DNA of 64,000 nucleotides, taken from a virus. Position 1 is the first letter of the stretch. Every line of letters begins with the position of its first letter. Below the pieces are notes generated by a model. It saw nothing but the letters and a program-made list of their open reading frames with translations, was not told where the DNA came from and ran no database searches. The stretch spans positions 26,553 to 90,552 of IMG/VR virus record IMGVR_UViG_3300047318_000369; one strand, 5' to 3'. This document shows positions 1 to 9,056 of this stretch, in pieces. A program made the position numbers and the translations under genes.

Positions 1-335
1 GCGTCGTAGGCGGTCAGGATGGACAAGGTGGTCTCCTGGTTCTGGTGGGGCTTCTTCTCGTGGTTGCGCATGCTGGCGGGGGCGCCGACGTAGCCGCAGC
101 CGCGCGGGCACGTCTCCCAGCTTCCCGCCTCGACGGCCGCCTGGGTCACGGACTCGTCCGGGCCGAAGCCGTGCTCGGCGAGCAGTCGGGGCACGGACGC
201 CTCGTAGCGGACGGCCATCAACGCGGCCTCCGCCACCTTGTCGTGGCCCTGGGCGAAGAAGCGGCCGATGCCGATCTCCCTGCCGCAGCCGCACCAGCAG
301 AAGCCATTCGGGATCAGGCGGTTGTTGTTCGTCAT
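1..335 (-). CDS. Hypothetical Cys-containing protein, partial (runs off window)
   Basis: ATG at 335, MTNNNRLIPNGFCWCGCGRE..., open to position 1; not in supplied ORF track. Confidence 0.55.
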   Translation of the reverse strand, partial: MTNNNRLIPNGFCWCGCGREIGIGRFFAQGHDKVAEAALMAVRYEASVPRLLAEHGFGPDESVTQAAVEAGSWETCPRGCGYVGAPASMRNHEKKPHQNQETTLSILTAYD

Positions 336-346
336 GTCTGGCCGCC

Positions 347-556
347 TCAGAGCTTGTTGGACTGGACGTCGAAGGCGATGACCGCGCCACGCACACTGCT
401 GGGGTAGTCGCGCTCGATCTCCTGGCGGATCCTGTTGAACAGGTCGATACGCGTCTCTCCTCGCTCCGGTGTCGTCAGGCCCTGGTAGCTGCCGATGGAG
501 TTGCTCGGCTCCTGGATGACCATCAGCCAGAAGTGGCTTCCTTGCTTGTTCGTCAT
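347..556 (-). CDS. Hypothetical protein
   Basis: 69-aa ORF with normal composition, co-oriented with the 1-335 ORF. Confidence 0.6.
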   Translation of the reverse strand: MTNKQGSHFWLMVIQEPSNSIGSYQGLTTPERGETRIDLFNRIRQEIERDYPSSVRGAVIAFDVQSNKL

Positions 557-739
557 GAACCCAAGGTAGCAAGTCTTGGGATGTGGTCAAGGGTGAATGT
601 CAAGACTGAAGTGAGGAGTAGCGCATAACGTCTTGCTATGTGCGGGGAGTTGATCTCCCATCAGCCCGTCGATCCCGAGACGTTACCCACGGTAGCCCGG
701 TATAATTTCCCATATACAAGCCTACTTTGAGGGGGAGTC

Positions 740-1162
740 GTGAGCGGTAAAACGGTGGTGCGGGATGCCCGCCGCTGGTGGGTGGTTGGCTGTGACGGAT
801 CGATGCTGCACTTCTATGAAGCGCCGACCAGCCGCAGTGCGGTCGCGGCATTCAGGGCCAACCTGGTCGAGATGGAGCGTGGATCTGGCGTCAGCATTCG
901 CGACGCACAGTTCATCGTGCGCGGGCTCCAGCCGCACGTCGTCGAGGGACCCCTGACGACGCAACAGGCATACGAGCTGGACCTCGGCTGGACGTGGGCC
1001 ATTTGCTGGGCGGACGGATTCCACGGAACCTCAGTGTCTCCCGTCGGCCCGATTGACCGCGCAACTGCCGCGTCTCGGCTCGGCGAGCAGACCACGGCGC
1101 GACTGGAACGCTCCGCGCGGGTGCGGTACGGCCTCGACCTGATAGGCGGCAAGGCTGCATGA
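740..1162 (+). CDS. Hypothetical protein
   Basis: GGGGGAG RBS; stop overlaps recombinase start (ATGA). Confidence 0.6.
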   Translation: MSGKTVVRDARRWWVVGCDGSMLHFYEAPTSRSAVAAFRANLVEMERGSGVSIRDAQFIVRGLQPHVVEGPLTTQQAYELDLGWTWAICWADGFHGTSVSPVGPIDRATAASRLGEQTTARLERSARVRYGLDLIGGKAA

Positions 1163-2301
1163 ACGAATCCGACGAGGTGGTCGACGCCGAACTGGTGGAC
1201 GACGACCACCTCCCCGCCCGGGTCGAACCCAGCCCCGCCGCCCGGCCGCTGGTCGACAGGCACACAGTGCTCGCACCCGGCGAACTGCTCGCCCTCGCAG
1301 GCGACGGCCCGACGTACACCGAGGCCGACTTCTACATCTCGCAGGACACTGCCGACCGAGCCGCACGCGCCAAATCCGAGAACACCCGCCGAAACCGCGA
1401 CTACACCGTCGAACGCTTCCAGACGTGGTGCCAGCAGCAAGGCCGAGTCGCGCAGCCGTGCACCACCGCCACCTACACCGAATACGGCGCCCACCTCATC
1501 CGCCAAGGCCTCAAAGCCACCAGCATCAGCGCCTACATGAGCCACATCCGCATGTGGCAGCCCGTCGGCCAACGTCCCGACGCCACCCGCTTCCGCGACC
1601 AGCTCGCCACCTACCGGCGCGAACAGCCGCGCACCAACCGAAAGAAGCAGTCCGAGCCGATCCGGCTGCCCGACCTGATGGCCATGCTCGCCACCTGCGA
1701 CCGCAGCCCCGCCGGACTCCGCGACGCCGCCCTGCTCGCCTGCGGATACGGAACCCTCGCCCGCCGCATCGAACTCGCCGACCTCCTCATCGAAGACCTC
1801 ACCATCAGCGACAAGCGGATCGTCGTCGACTTCATCATCGACAAGACCCACCAAGACGGCGACCTCCCACCGACCCCCATCCCTGACCGGCCCGACATCA
1901 AGCCCGTACAGCGGCTGCGCGACTGGCTGGCGACGCTCGCCAAGCTCGGTGCCACCACCGGACCCGTATTCCGTGCGCTCACCTCCGGCGGCACACTCCA
2001 GACCCGCACCCTCGCCACAGAACGCGGCGACCACATGACCGGCGACGCCATCAACGCCATCGTCAAGAAGCGGGCCATCGCCGCCGGACTGGAGAACGCG
2101 GCCAAGATGACCGCCCACGGCCTCCGCGCCGGACCCACCACCGACCTCCGCAAGGCAGGCGTCACCGGCAAGCGCCTGAACAGGGCGGGCCGATGGGCAG
2201 ACGACTCCCGCATGCCCGAGGTCGTCTACGTGCGCTACGGGGAGGACGAAGAAGGCGATGCCCTGTCAGCGATCCCCGTGTACGAGGAGACCACCGAGTA
2301 G
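1159..2301 (+). CDS. Cre-like tyrosine recombinase
   Basis: Catalytic residues: RDAALL...ARRIELADL (R), DKT (K), HGLRAG (HxxR), GRW (W as in Cre), VY (Y). Confidence 0.9.
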   Translation: MNESDEVVDAELVDDDHLPARVEPSPAARPLVDRHTVLAPGELLALAGDGPTYTEADFYISQDTADRAARAKSENTRRNRDYTVERFQTWCQQQGRVAQPCTTATYTEYGAHLIRQGLKATSISAYMSHIRMWQPVGQRPDATRFRDQLATYRREQPRTNRKKQSEPIRLPDLMAMLATCDRSPAGLRDAALLACGYGTLARRIELADLLIEDLTISDKRIVVDFIIDKTHQDGDLPPTPIPDRPDIKPVQRLRDWLATLAKLGATTGPVFRALTSGGTLQTRTLATERGDHMTGDAINAIVKKRAIAAGLENAAKMTAHGLRAGPTTDLRKAGVTGKRLNRAGRWADDSRMPEVVYVRYGEDEEGDALSAIPVYEETTE

Positions 2302-2368
2302 GCCCCGCCCCGTGCCACACTGGCCGTGCCCCTGCCGCGCATCCCCCGTCGCGACAGGGGCTCAGTCG

Positions 2369-2566
2369 TCACCGCCCCCACGGCCGCCGCTCGTCGCCCT
2401 GCGCCTGCCTCTCGGCGCCGACCCGACGCCAGCACCCCACGGCCCCCGCCCCGAGCGCGATGACGATGACCAGCTCAACCGGATCCCCGTGCCCAACGAC
2501 GCTCATGACGCCGCCGATGGTGAGCGCGGTCAGGAGCAGGGCGAGCAGCAGCCAGACGAATTTCAC
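2369..2566 (-). CDS. Small membrane protein
   Basis: Two hydrophobic segments. Confidence 0.5.
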   Translation of the reverse strand: MKFVWLLLALLLTALTIGGVMSVVGHGDPVELVIVIALGAGAVGCWRRVGAERQAQGDERRPWGR

Positions 2567-2821
2567 GGGACCCCCAAGTGGTGAGGGTGGGAATCTAGCG
2601 GACGAGGCATGAGTTTTCCCGGCCGCGTTCTGCCAGACTGATGGTGCGATCGTCGTCTGCTCGTGGGAAACCCGAGCGCCCGGTGTCCCCGGGTCTTAGC
2701 CGACGGCGCAGTCTGGTCGGCACGCCGGTAAGGGCCAGGTACAGGAGCGTGAACACAATCCTGGCCACCAGCACACCGCCTGGCGCCAACCGGGCACGGG
2801 ACATCTGCTGAGTGCTCCCTT

Positions 2822-2856
2822 GAACGCCCGGCCGGGCTGATACCGGCCGGGCGTTC
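2822..2856. terminator. Stem-loop, probable terminator
   Basis: GAACGCCCGGCCGG-N7-CCGGCCGGGCGTTC perfect inverted repeat. Confidence 0.6.
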
Positions 2857-2986
2857 GTGTGCGCCGGCTAGTACTCGCTGAGCCCCGCGTTGTCGGCGAC
2901 GCCCCGTAGCATGGCCAGCATCCATCTTTGGTGGCTATTCGAATGACGCCTCGTCCGGTACAGCGCCCGGGCGGGGCGTCGCGCTG

Positions 2987-3196
2987 TCAGCCCTCCCCGT
3001 GCCGCACGGCCTTCTTGAGCCCCATCTCGACGTCGATCCGCGCCACCGGGTTGCCCGCCTCTTTCGCCTGCTGGACGAACTCGTCGATGCCTTGATGCAC
3101 GGCCTGCGCGGTGTCGACGGTCAACGCTCCGGCCTGGATCTCCTCCCAGGCGCGGGCTTCGAGGGCGAGCAGGTCGGGAGGGAAGTCGATGGTCAC
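2987..3196 (-). CDS. Hypothetical protein
   Basis: 69-aa helical ORF with typical codon usage. Confidence 0.6.
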   Translation of the reverse strand: MTIDFPPDLLALEARAWEEIQAGALTVDTAQAVHQGIDEFVQQAKEAGNPVARIDVEMGLKKAVRHGEG

Positions 3197-3545
3197 CGGG
3201 GGATCCTACGTCGAACATGAAAGCGCCCCCGGGCACCACCCCGAGGGCATGTCGCGTGGACCCACCAGGGCGCCGTCAACCCTGCCAGCGTACCGGCGCC
3301 CTACGCCGCCTCGGTTACATCCCCGCGCTCGACCTGACGCAGCTCGGCCAGCAGCAGCCGGTACTTCTCCCGCTGCTCGTCCGTCAGCCGCGCATCCCGA
3401 TGCGTGAAAAGGGCACGGATCTCCTCGTTCACCACAGCGGCAGGGCGTAGAGAGCCCGGAGTGGGGGGAGGTGGGGGCATGGTCTGATCCTACCGAGGAC
3501 CACTGTCAGAGCGTCTGTTCGGGCGGCTCTGCCATGCTGTACGGC

Positions 3546-3758
3546 ATGAGCGCCGACACCTACAAGGCCCGCTACTGGCGGTACTCCAAGCGGTACGAGG
3601 AAGAGTGCCCCACGCTCGACGAGGCGGTCACCTTCCTCGCCTACGGCTGCATGGACACCGGCGCGTGCGCAGCGGCCGACGTCGTCAGCCCCGACGGAAC
3701 AGTCGTCCTGGAGGGCGAGGAACTGTTTCAGCGCATGTTCGCCCTACTCGACGACTGA
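3546..3758 (+). CDS. Hypothetical protein (paralog of 54106..54330)
   Basis: ARYWRY..YE..C...DEAV.FLA.G...PDGTVVL resembles ARYYQY..YE..C...DAI.FLA.G...PDGTVIL. Confidence 0.65.
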   Translation: MSADTYKARYWRYSKRYEEECPTLDEAVTFLAYGCMDTGACAAADVVSPDGTVVLEGEELFQRMFALLDD

Positions 3759-4001
3759 TCCGCCCTCCGGCGGCTGTCGGGCGACGAACGATCCGAGCCC
3801 CGGTTCCGTGTAGATGAGCCCTTCGTCCCTCAGCCCGCCGTGCACCTTCTGCGCTGTCGCCTGGGCGATGCCGAACTCGGCACTCAACTGGATGACCGAG
3901 GGCACGCGCGTGCGGGGCGGATAGGTGCCATCGGCAATCCGCTGCCGGATCACCGCAGCTACCTGCTTCCACCTGGGCACATCCGCCTCGAATTCGATCA
4001 C
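3744..4001 (-). CDS. GntR-family winged-helix regulator (DNA-binding domain only)
   Basis: PRWKQVAAVIRQRIADGTYPPRTRVPSV..LSAEFGIAQATAQK...LRDEGLI...PGLGSFV. Confidence 0.85.
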   Translation of the reverse strand: MIEFEADVPRWKQVAAVIRQRIADGTYPPRTRVPSVIQLSAEFGIAQATAQKVHGGLRDEGLIYTEPGLGSFVARQPPEGGSVVE

Positions 4002-4150
4002 ACCGTCAACGTGACACGCCATCCCATGCCACGCGAGCTGTCGCATACGAGGCACGGCATAGCATGCTATGGCTAAGCTGCTGAAACGAAGCCCCCGCGA
4101 CCGCTCGCACGGCAGTCCGGGGGCGTGGACGACACCGCAGGAGCGCCGCC

Positions 4151-4381
4151 ATGGAAGAGCGTAGAGACGGACCACCCGAGCCGGTAACCCGGCCGCCCGT
4201 CATAGCCTCCGGCGCCGGGACGCTCAGCCCCCTCCAGCAGGCCTACAGCGCCTACGTCACCCACGCCACCGGCTGCGACGACTGCCGGGACATCGACAGT
4301 GCGGCGTGCGAGACCGCGGGGGAGCTGTGGCGGGCCTATCAGGCGACAGGTGATGAGGCGTACCGGCAGATGCCCCGCTGA
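4151..4381 (+). CDS. Hypothetical protein with HxxxCxxC..C motif
   Basis: AGGAG RBS; HATGCDDCR..C. Confidence 0.6.
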   Translation: MEERRDGPPEPVTRPPVIASGAGTLSPLQQAYSAYVTHATGCDDCRDIDSAACETAGELWRAYQATGDEAYRQMPR

Positions 4382-4600
4382 TCGCCCGGCCGCCGCCCAG
4401 ACCCCGCGGCGGTACGGGTCGCACGGGGTGCGAACCGGAACGCTCTGGCCAGAGGGTCGCGGTGGGCTAGATGTTCACATGGGGCGTACAGATTCCACGC
4501 AGATATATGCAGTGGGCACACTTCCCTTACCGTGGGTTTACCTGTTGACTCGAATTCAGCAACGCCGTGCAGCCCAGACCCCGCCGCGCGTCCCCGCAGG

Positions 4601-4840
4601 TCAATTGAGAAGGTCAGTGACGTGGACGCGAAGCGCCTGTGCAAGCAGCAGCAGGTCGGCATACCGGGGATCGGTGACCGCGTTCTCGTACCGCTGCACG
4701 GTCCGCCGCTCGACGCCCATCCGGTCGGCTAACTGCTCCTGGGAGAGTTCGGCGGCGCGGCGGAGGTCGGCGATGCGGTTACCGAGCTGGCGTTGGCGCT
4801 GGCGGATCCAGTCAGGTCTGACGTTGCGGCGGGCTGGCAC
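4601..4840 (-). CDS. XRE-family HTH regulator
   Basis: LRRAAELSQEQLADRMGVERRTVQRYENA. Confidence 0.9.
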   Translation of the reverse strand: MPARRNVRPDWIRQRQRQLGNRIADLRRAAELSQEQLADRMGVERRTVQRYENAVTDPRYADLLLLAQALRVHVTDLLN

Positions 4841-4964
4841 CCGGCAAACGGTCTCGGCCAGGTGATCTTGCGTCAGTACCTAAACTGTCGCTTCCGACCC
4901 TCGTGTACACATGCAGCCTTGCGGGTGTGGCATATGCCGCAGGGCTCGATGTAGTGTCCTAGAT

Positions 4965-4980
4965 TCGAACAGGTGTTCAC
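4965..4980. promoter_or_regulatory. LexA (SOS) box-like site
   Basis: TCGAAC-AGGT-GTTCAC vs actinobacterial consensus TCGAAC-N4-GTTCGA. Confidence 0.5.
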
Positions 4981-5049
4981 TCGAAAGAGTGAACAACCGC
5001 ATTGACCTGCAACCGTTAGGCAATACGGAAGGTCAGGCACCCAGGAACG

Positions 5050-5150
5050 TGCCGGGCCCCGTCGACTGGAGCTAGCCCCCCCTCGTTGACGGACCCGGCA
5101 CTCGGGGCGGCCCCCCGCACCCTCGCCAGCGTGGGGCGCGGGGGGTCGCC
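5050..5150 (+). ncRNA. 6C-RNA-like double hairpin
   Basis: Two tandem GC-rich stems, first loop contains CCCCCC; lies downstream of an SOS-like box. Confidence 0.4.
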
Positions 5151-5178
5151 TGCATCATCTGACGTGCATCAATGAGTA

Positions 5179-5460
5179 GATCACTTAGGGGATCGATAGG
5201 GGATGACACAGACGCCTAGCAAGGATCTCCGAAGGTTCCGCCAAGGAACTGCCACGGCGAAAGACGGCCCCGCCCACTCCTCGTCGAGGCCGTGATCTGC
5301 GAATATGCACACTCGCCGACTGGTCAGCGCGCTGGTGCAGTAGGGCCCTTCAGCTAACGGGTGTCTCGATTTGAGACACCCGTTTCAGCCTGGCTTGCCT
5401 TATGCAGGGCGGTTCGAGGCGCCCGACGGAGATCATTTAGGAGAGATTCCGGAGATCAAC
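5179..5460. other. Putative att (attP-like) region
   Basis: Downstream of integrase; core-like inverted repeat AACGGGTGTCT-CGATTTG-AGACACCCGTT (5356-5384); arm-like repeats TAGGGGAT x2 (5186, 5197) and a similar GATCA.TTAGG motif near 5431. Confidence 0.45.
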
Positions 5461-6682
5461 TCTCCCAGACATCCCGCCACCCCAGACTCCCCAGCGCCCT
5501 TACGAACAGCTCCTGCAGGCCATCCAGCCGCTCCTGCCGCATCGGCGGCGTCGCATGCTGGTAAGTGCCCTTGATGCCAGGGTACTTGTGCCCCGCCTGC
5601 TCGAACGCCAACACTGCCTTCACCCCGATCTGCGCCTGGTAGGTGTCGTGCGAGTGTCGGAGATCCCGCAGTGTCAGCCCCGGCTTGATCGGCTCCCACG
5701 CATCGGTACGGCCGTCCGCCACCTTGCGGATAAGTTCGGTCAACGTTCCCCGCGGCCACCAGCTGCCGTCCTTGCGCGCGAAGACGAAGTCGTGCGGCCA
5801 CTGGGTCAGGCGCGCTTCCAGCAGGGAGGCCAGGAACGGCGGAACGTCGATATCGCGGGCACTCTGCGCATTCTTCGTGGGCTCCACCCCGCGGAACCTG
5901 ATGCGCCGGCCGTCGTCGCCGTACTTGTAGTACTCGACGAGCGCGCCTGCGTCTTTGTCGATGCGCACGATGGGACAGGTGAACACACCGTCGTCGTGCC
6001 GCTGCCTGCGCTCCAGGAGGGTGTTGTGCCGGCGCAGCCCCAAGGCCTCCTCCACCCGGAGCCCGAGGAAGCCGATCGACAGCACGAGCATCCCGTCGAT
6101 CGGCCCCATCCGCCGCGCCATCTGCAGTACTTCCTCGGGGCGCGCCCACATCTCTTCGTGCTCGGTCTTGCGCTTCTTCGCCGCCTCTGCGGGCAGGCCG
6201 GTCAGGCGGCGCCCCTGAAGCGGGTTGACGGCCAGACAGCGTGCGTCGACGGCACCCATGAGGATCTGCGACATGAGCCTCACGCATATCTTCGTCGTGA
6301 CGTGAGCGCACGTCAGGCTGCGGGCCCACGCCTCTATTTCGAACCAGGTGATGGCGGCCAGCGGAACGTTCTCCCAGCGCGGCAGGACGGTCTGCGTCAG
6401 CCGTTCGCGCCGGTTCATGACGGTCTGGCCACGCGGCCTCTGGGCGGCCATCCACTCCTCGGCGAACTCGCCGAACGTCTTGCGTGAGAGCGCGGGGTCG
6501 ATCCACCGGCCGGCCCGCATGGCGGCCTCCTGCTCCTCGCCCCACTTCTCCGCGGTCCCCTTGGTGGGGAATCCGGGCTCGCTGCCCCACGTGCCGTCAG
6601 GTTTCTTGTACCTGGCACGCCAGGTGTACTTGGTGGTCCTCTTCCCGTCCCTGACCTTGTGGACCTTCTCGGCGTAGGCCAT
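5456..6682 (-). CDS. int: Tyrosine integrase
   Basis: N-terminal arm-binding region (WRARYKKPDG..GFPTK); GLRVEEALGL, TK, LRDLRHSH, AGH, TYQH motifs. Confidence 0.92.
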   Translation of the reverse strand: MAYAEKVHKVRDGKRTTKYTWRARYKKPDGTWGSEPGFPTKGTAEKWGEEQEAAMRAGRWIDPALSRKTFGEFAEEWMAAQRPRGQTVMNRRERLTQTVLPRWENVPLAAITWFEIEAWARSLTCAHVTTKICVRLMSQILMGAVDARCLAVNPLQGRRLTGLPAEAAKKRKTEHEEMWARPEEVLQMARRMGPIDGMLVLSIGFLGLRVEEALGLRRHNTLLERRQRHDDGVFTCPIVRIDKDAGALVEYYKYGDDGRRIRFRGVEPTKNAQSARDIDVPPFLASLLEARLTQWPHDFVFARKDGSWWPRGTLTELIRKVADGRTDAWEPIKPGLTLRDLRHSHDTYQAQIGVKAVLAFEQAGHKYPGIKGTYQHATPPMRQERLDGLQELFVRALGSLGWRDVWES

Positions 6683-6703
6683 GGTGCCCCCTCGCGCGCT
6701 CGG

Positions 6704-7108
6704 CTACTCGGCGCCGGTTTCGCCGTCGTGGTAGCCCTTGGGTACACGCTGCCAGTACGGAGATCGCTCAGTGTCGAGATGGCCGAGGAAGTCGCCGGCG
6801 CGCTGGCTGAGGATCGACGAGTCGATGGTGTATGTGATCGCGTCGGGGCCGTCGTCGACCCCTATGGCGAAGGGGTCGGGCAGGTCGGGTACGCACATCC
6901 AGCGCACTGGGATGACGGGGCCGAGGGGTGATTCGGGAGGGCGGGGGGCCCAGCGTTGCGCCTGCTCGGTGAGGAGCTCGGCGAGCATCTTCGGCCCGTC
7001 TTCGCTGATGTCGTCCGCGTGGATTCTGAACAGGCAGCCGCCTTCGAGATCCACGATCTCTGGCGCTATGTAGTCACCTTGGACGCGCTCAACTTCCATG
7101 ACCCACAT
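6704..7108 (-). CDS. Hypothetical protein in immunity operon
   Basis: Between repressor and integrase; GGGGA upstream of ATG 7108. Confidence 0.6.
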   Translation of the reverse strand: MWVMEVERVQGDYIAPEIVDLEGGCLFRIHADDISEDGPKMLAELLTEQAQRWAPRPPESPLGPVIPVRWMCVPDLPDPFAIGVDDGPDAITYTIDSSILSQRAGDFLGHLDTERSPYWQRVPKGYHDGETGAE

Positions 7109-7207
7109 GCTCAATTCCCCGATCCGAGCAGTGCCCCCCCTCGGTGACGGTCCGTGCATCGAAGCACAGTTTTGAGTCACCGTCGACCGTCTGGGACCGG
7201 ATCAGGG

Positions 7208-7732
7208 TCAGGATTCTTGTGGGGTGTCTGATTCGCCGGGGATTGCCTGCAACTGGCGGCGCATCTTCCGCCACTTCTGCCAGAGCTCGTCGAGTTGCTC
7301 TTCGCTGAGATCCTCGGACCCCTTGAGGAGAACGATCAACCGGGTGTCGTCGTCGTTCTCGCCGCCGAGATTCACGACGGCGTGGTCGAGGGTCTTGCCG
7401 GAGCGGAGTTCCCGGTCGACGGCCGCCGGCAGGTCCGACTTAGGGTCGGCATCCCACTCGGAAACGGGCTGGGTGGCCGGTTCTGGCTCCTCGCCGCGCA
7501 GGATTCGGGCAGGGGAGTCCTCGGTCCAGCCGACGAGTCGAGCGTAGGCCCGCATAGTGCTGGTGACCTTGCCGTAGGGATTGCCATTGGGCTGCTTGCC
7601 CCGCTCGATGGCCTGGATGGGTGTGCGGGTCACAGACAGGCGTGTGGCGACCTCGACCTGCGTGAGGTCGGCCGCTTTGCGCGCTTCGGCGAACGCCGCA
7701 CCCAGGCGTTCCCAGTCTCGCTCTGACTCCAT
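7208..7732 (-). CDS. XRE-family immunity repressor (CI-like)
   Basis: ARKAADLTQVEVATRLSVTRTPIQAIERG; divergent from Cro-like gene; GGGGAG RBS. Confidence 0.85.
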   Translation of the reverse strand: MESERDWERLGAAFAEARKAADLTQVEVATRLSVTRTPIQAIERGKQPNGNPYGKVTSTMRAYARLVGWTEDSPARILRGEEPEPATQPVSEWDADPKSDLPAAVDRELRSGKTLDHAVVNLGGENDDDTRLIVLLKGSEDLSEEQLDELWQKWRKMRRQLQAIPGESDTPQES

Positions 7733-7948
7733 GTCTCCCCATCTTGCCCTACCTCCATGCAACCACCTAGCCGGGTTCAGGCCTTTTGACCTGCGACTGA
7801 GCGCACAAAAAGAGCGTTTGGGTTGCATGGGGCGTGTTACGCGTAACGCCACGTGAGCGACAGATGGCCCACCGTGGGCACTAAAAAAGTGCTATCAAGG
7901 CACTCGCAAGGCTTGCCCAAAGCACTCACAGGGGCTAGCTTTTGAGGC

Positions 7949-8149
7949 GTGAGACCGCACTCCAGCGCTATCCGCTTCAGAAGGAGGGCTCTAAAAATGA
8001 GCCTGCCCACGCTCTCCGTCAAGACGGGGATCCACAAGTCGCACCTCTCCCGAGTCGAACGCGGACTCGTCGGCCTGAGCGACAAGAACATCGAGAAAGT
8101 CGCGGACGCACTGGGTGTCACCCCCAACGACATCACCCACCAGGAGTAA
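7949..8149 (+). CDS. Cro-like HTH regulator
   Basis: RRALKMSLPTLSVKTGIHKSHLSRVERG. Confidence 0.85.
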   Translation: MRPHSSAIRFRRRALKMSLPTLSVKTGIHKSHLSRVERGLVGLSDKNIEKVADALGVTPNDITHQE

Positions 8150-8151
8150 CC

Positions 8152-8415
8152 GTGGCCCCCCGCAAGCTTCCCCCGGTCCGGGAGAACCTTCCCGCACCCA
8201 GCAGTCCCGAGGGCGAGCTCTTCCACTACCAGCCCACTGAGGCTGCGCTCTGGCTCCCCTTCAGCGCTCGCCAGCTCGCCCTGAAGGCGTTCGCCCGCGA
8301 AATCCCCCACGTGAACAACGGCAACAAGATCTGGTTCTCCGGGCTCAACATCCGGGCGATCACGGAGCAGTTCACGGTCCAGCCGTTCAACAAGCCGGCC
8401 CGCGCCGCCGCATGA
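8152..8415 (+). CDS. Excisionase-like DNA-binding protein
   Basis: AGGAG RBS; YQPTEAALWL..SARQL...AFAREIPHV..GNKIWFS resembles Xis/MerR-type wHTH. Confidence 0.55.
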   Translation: MAPRKLPPVRENLPAPSSPEGELFHYQPTEAALWLPFSARQLALKAFAREIPHVNNGNKIWFSGLNIRAITEQFTVQPFNKPARAAA

Positions 8416-8495
8416 CCGGCAAGGAGAAGGCCGGCCACCAGAGGCGACCGGCCGAAGCGACCCACCTGAACTCACCACAAGAAAGGAGGGGCCGC

Positions 8496-9056
8496 GTGTC
8501 CAGTGTGACAGACCGCGACTTCATCACCGAGATGGCCGAGGCGGTCGAGGGTGCGATTCCCGCAGGTGACTACGTGGCGTCGATGGTTGCCGCCGACCTC
8601 GTGGAGCACCTGAGGGCGCAGGACCCGGAACTGCTGGCCGGGTGGCTGGACTTGAAGGCGGCGGTGATCCTCGCGGACGTCGTGGCCCGCAGGTCGAACA
8701 GCAAGCGGCAGGCGGCCCGGATCGGCGCCCCGCGCAGGGCGTTCGCCGAGGCGGCCCGCAGTTTCGCCGGTGGTGACGTCACGGCGTTGCACCCCTTCGC
8801 CGCCGAGTACGTGGTCGACGAGGACAACACCCGTCGGACGGTGGCGAACATGACCGCCGACGACTGCCGGTTCGTCGCCTCGAAGTACGAGGACGCGGCG
8901 CGGATCTCGAAGTTGGAGGCGGCGTTCCACCGGGCGGTCGGCAAGAAGATCGGCGGCCAGTTGGTCGGCGAGGTCTTCACAGAGGCGCAGTACCTGGAGA
9001 TGTACCGCTCCGTCACCCAGCAGGGACCGCGAGCGATGCCGCGAGCAGCGGCATGA
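8496..9056 (+). CDS. Hypothetical helical protein directly upstream of the pentamer array
   Basis: GAAAGGAGG RBS before GTG 8496; stop overlaps start of array. Confidence 0.8.
   Translation: MSSVTDRDFITEMAEAVEGAIPAGDYVASMVAADLVEHLRAQDPELLAGWLDLKAAVILADVVARRSNSKRQAARIGAPRRAFAEAARSFAGGDVTALHPFAAEYVVDEDNTRRTVANMTADDCRFVASKYEDAARISKLEAAFHRAVGKKIGGQLVGEVFTEAQYLEMYRSVTQQGPRAMPRAAA

Noticed and set aside
814-2118. Long antisense ORFs (also 5555-6487, 21504-22382, 24008-25663, 49887-51773 and others)
   Set aside because: Shadow ORFs of high-GC coding genes on the opposite strand, with no motifs or RBS
5330-5360. tRNA 3' end as integration target (minus strand ends ...CTACTGCACCA)
   Set aside because: No T-loop (GTTCGA) or cloverleaf at the right distance
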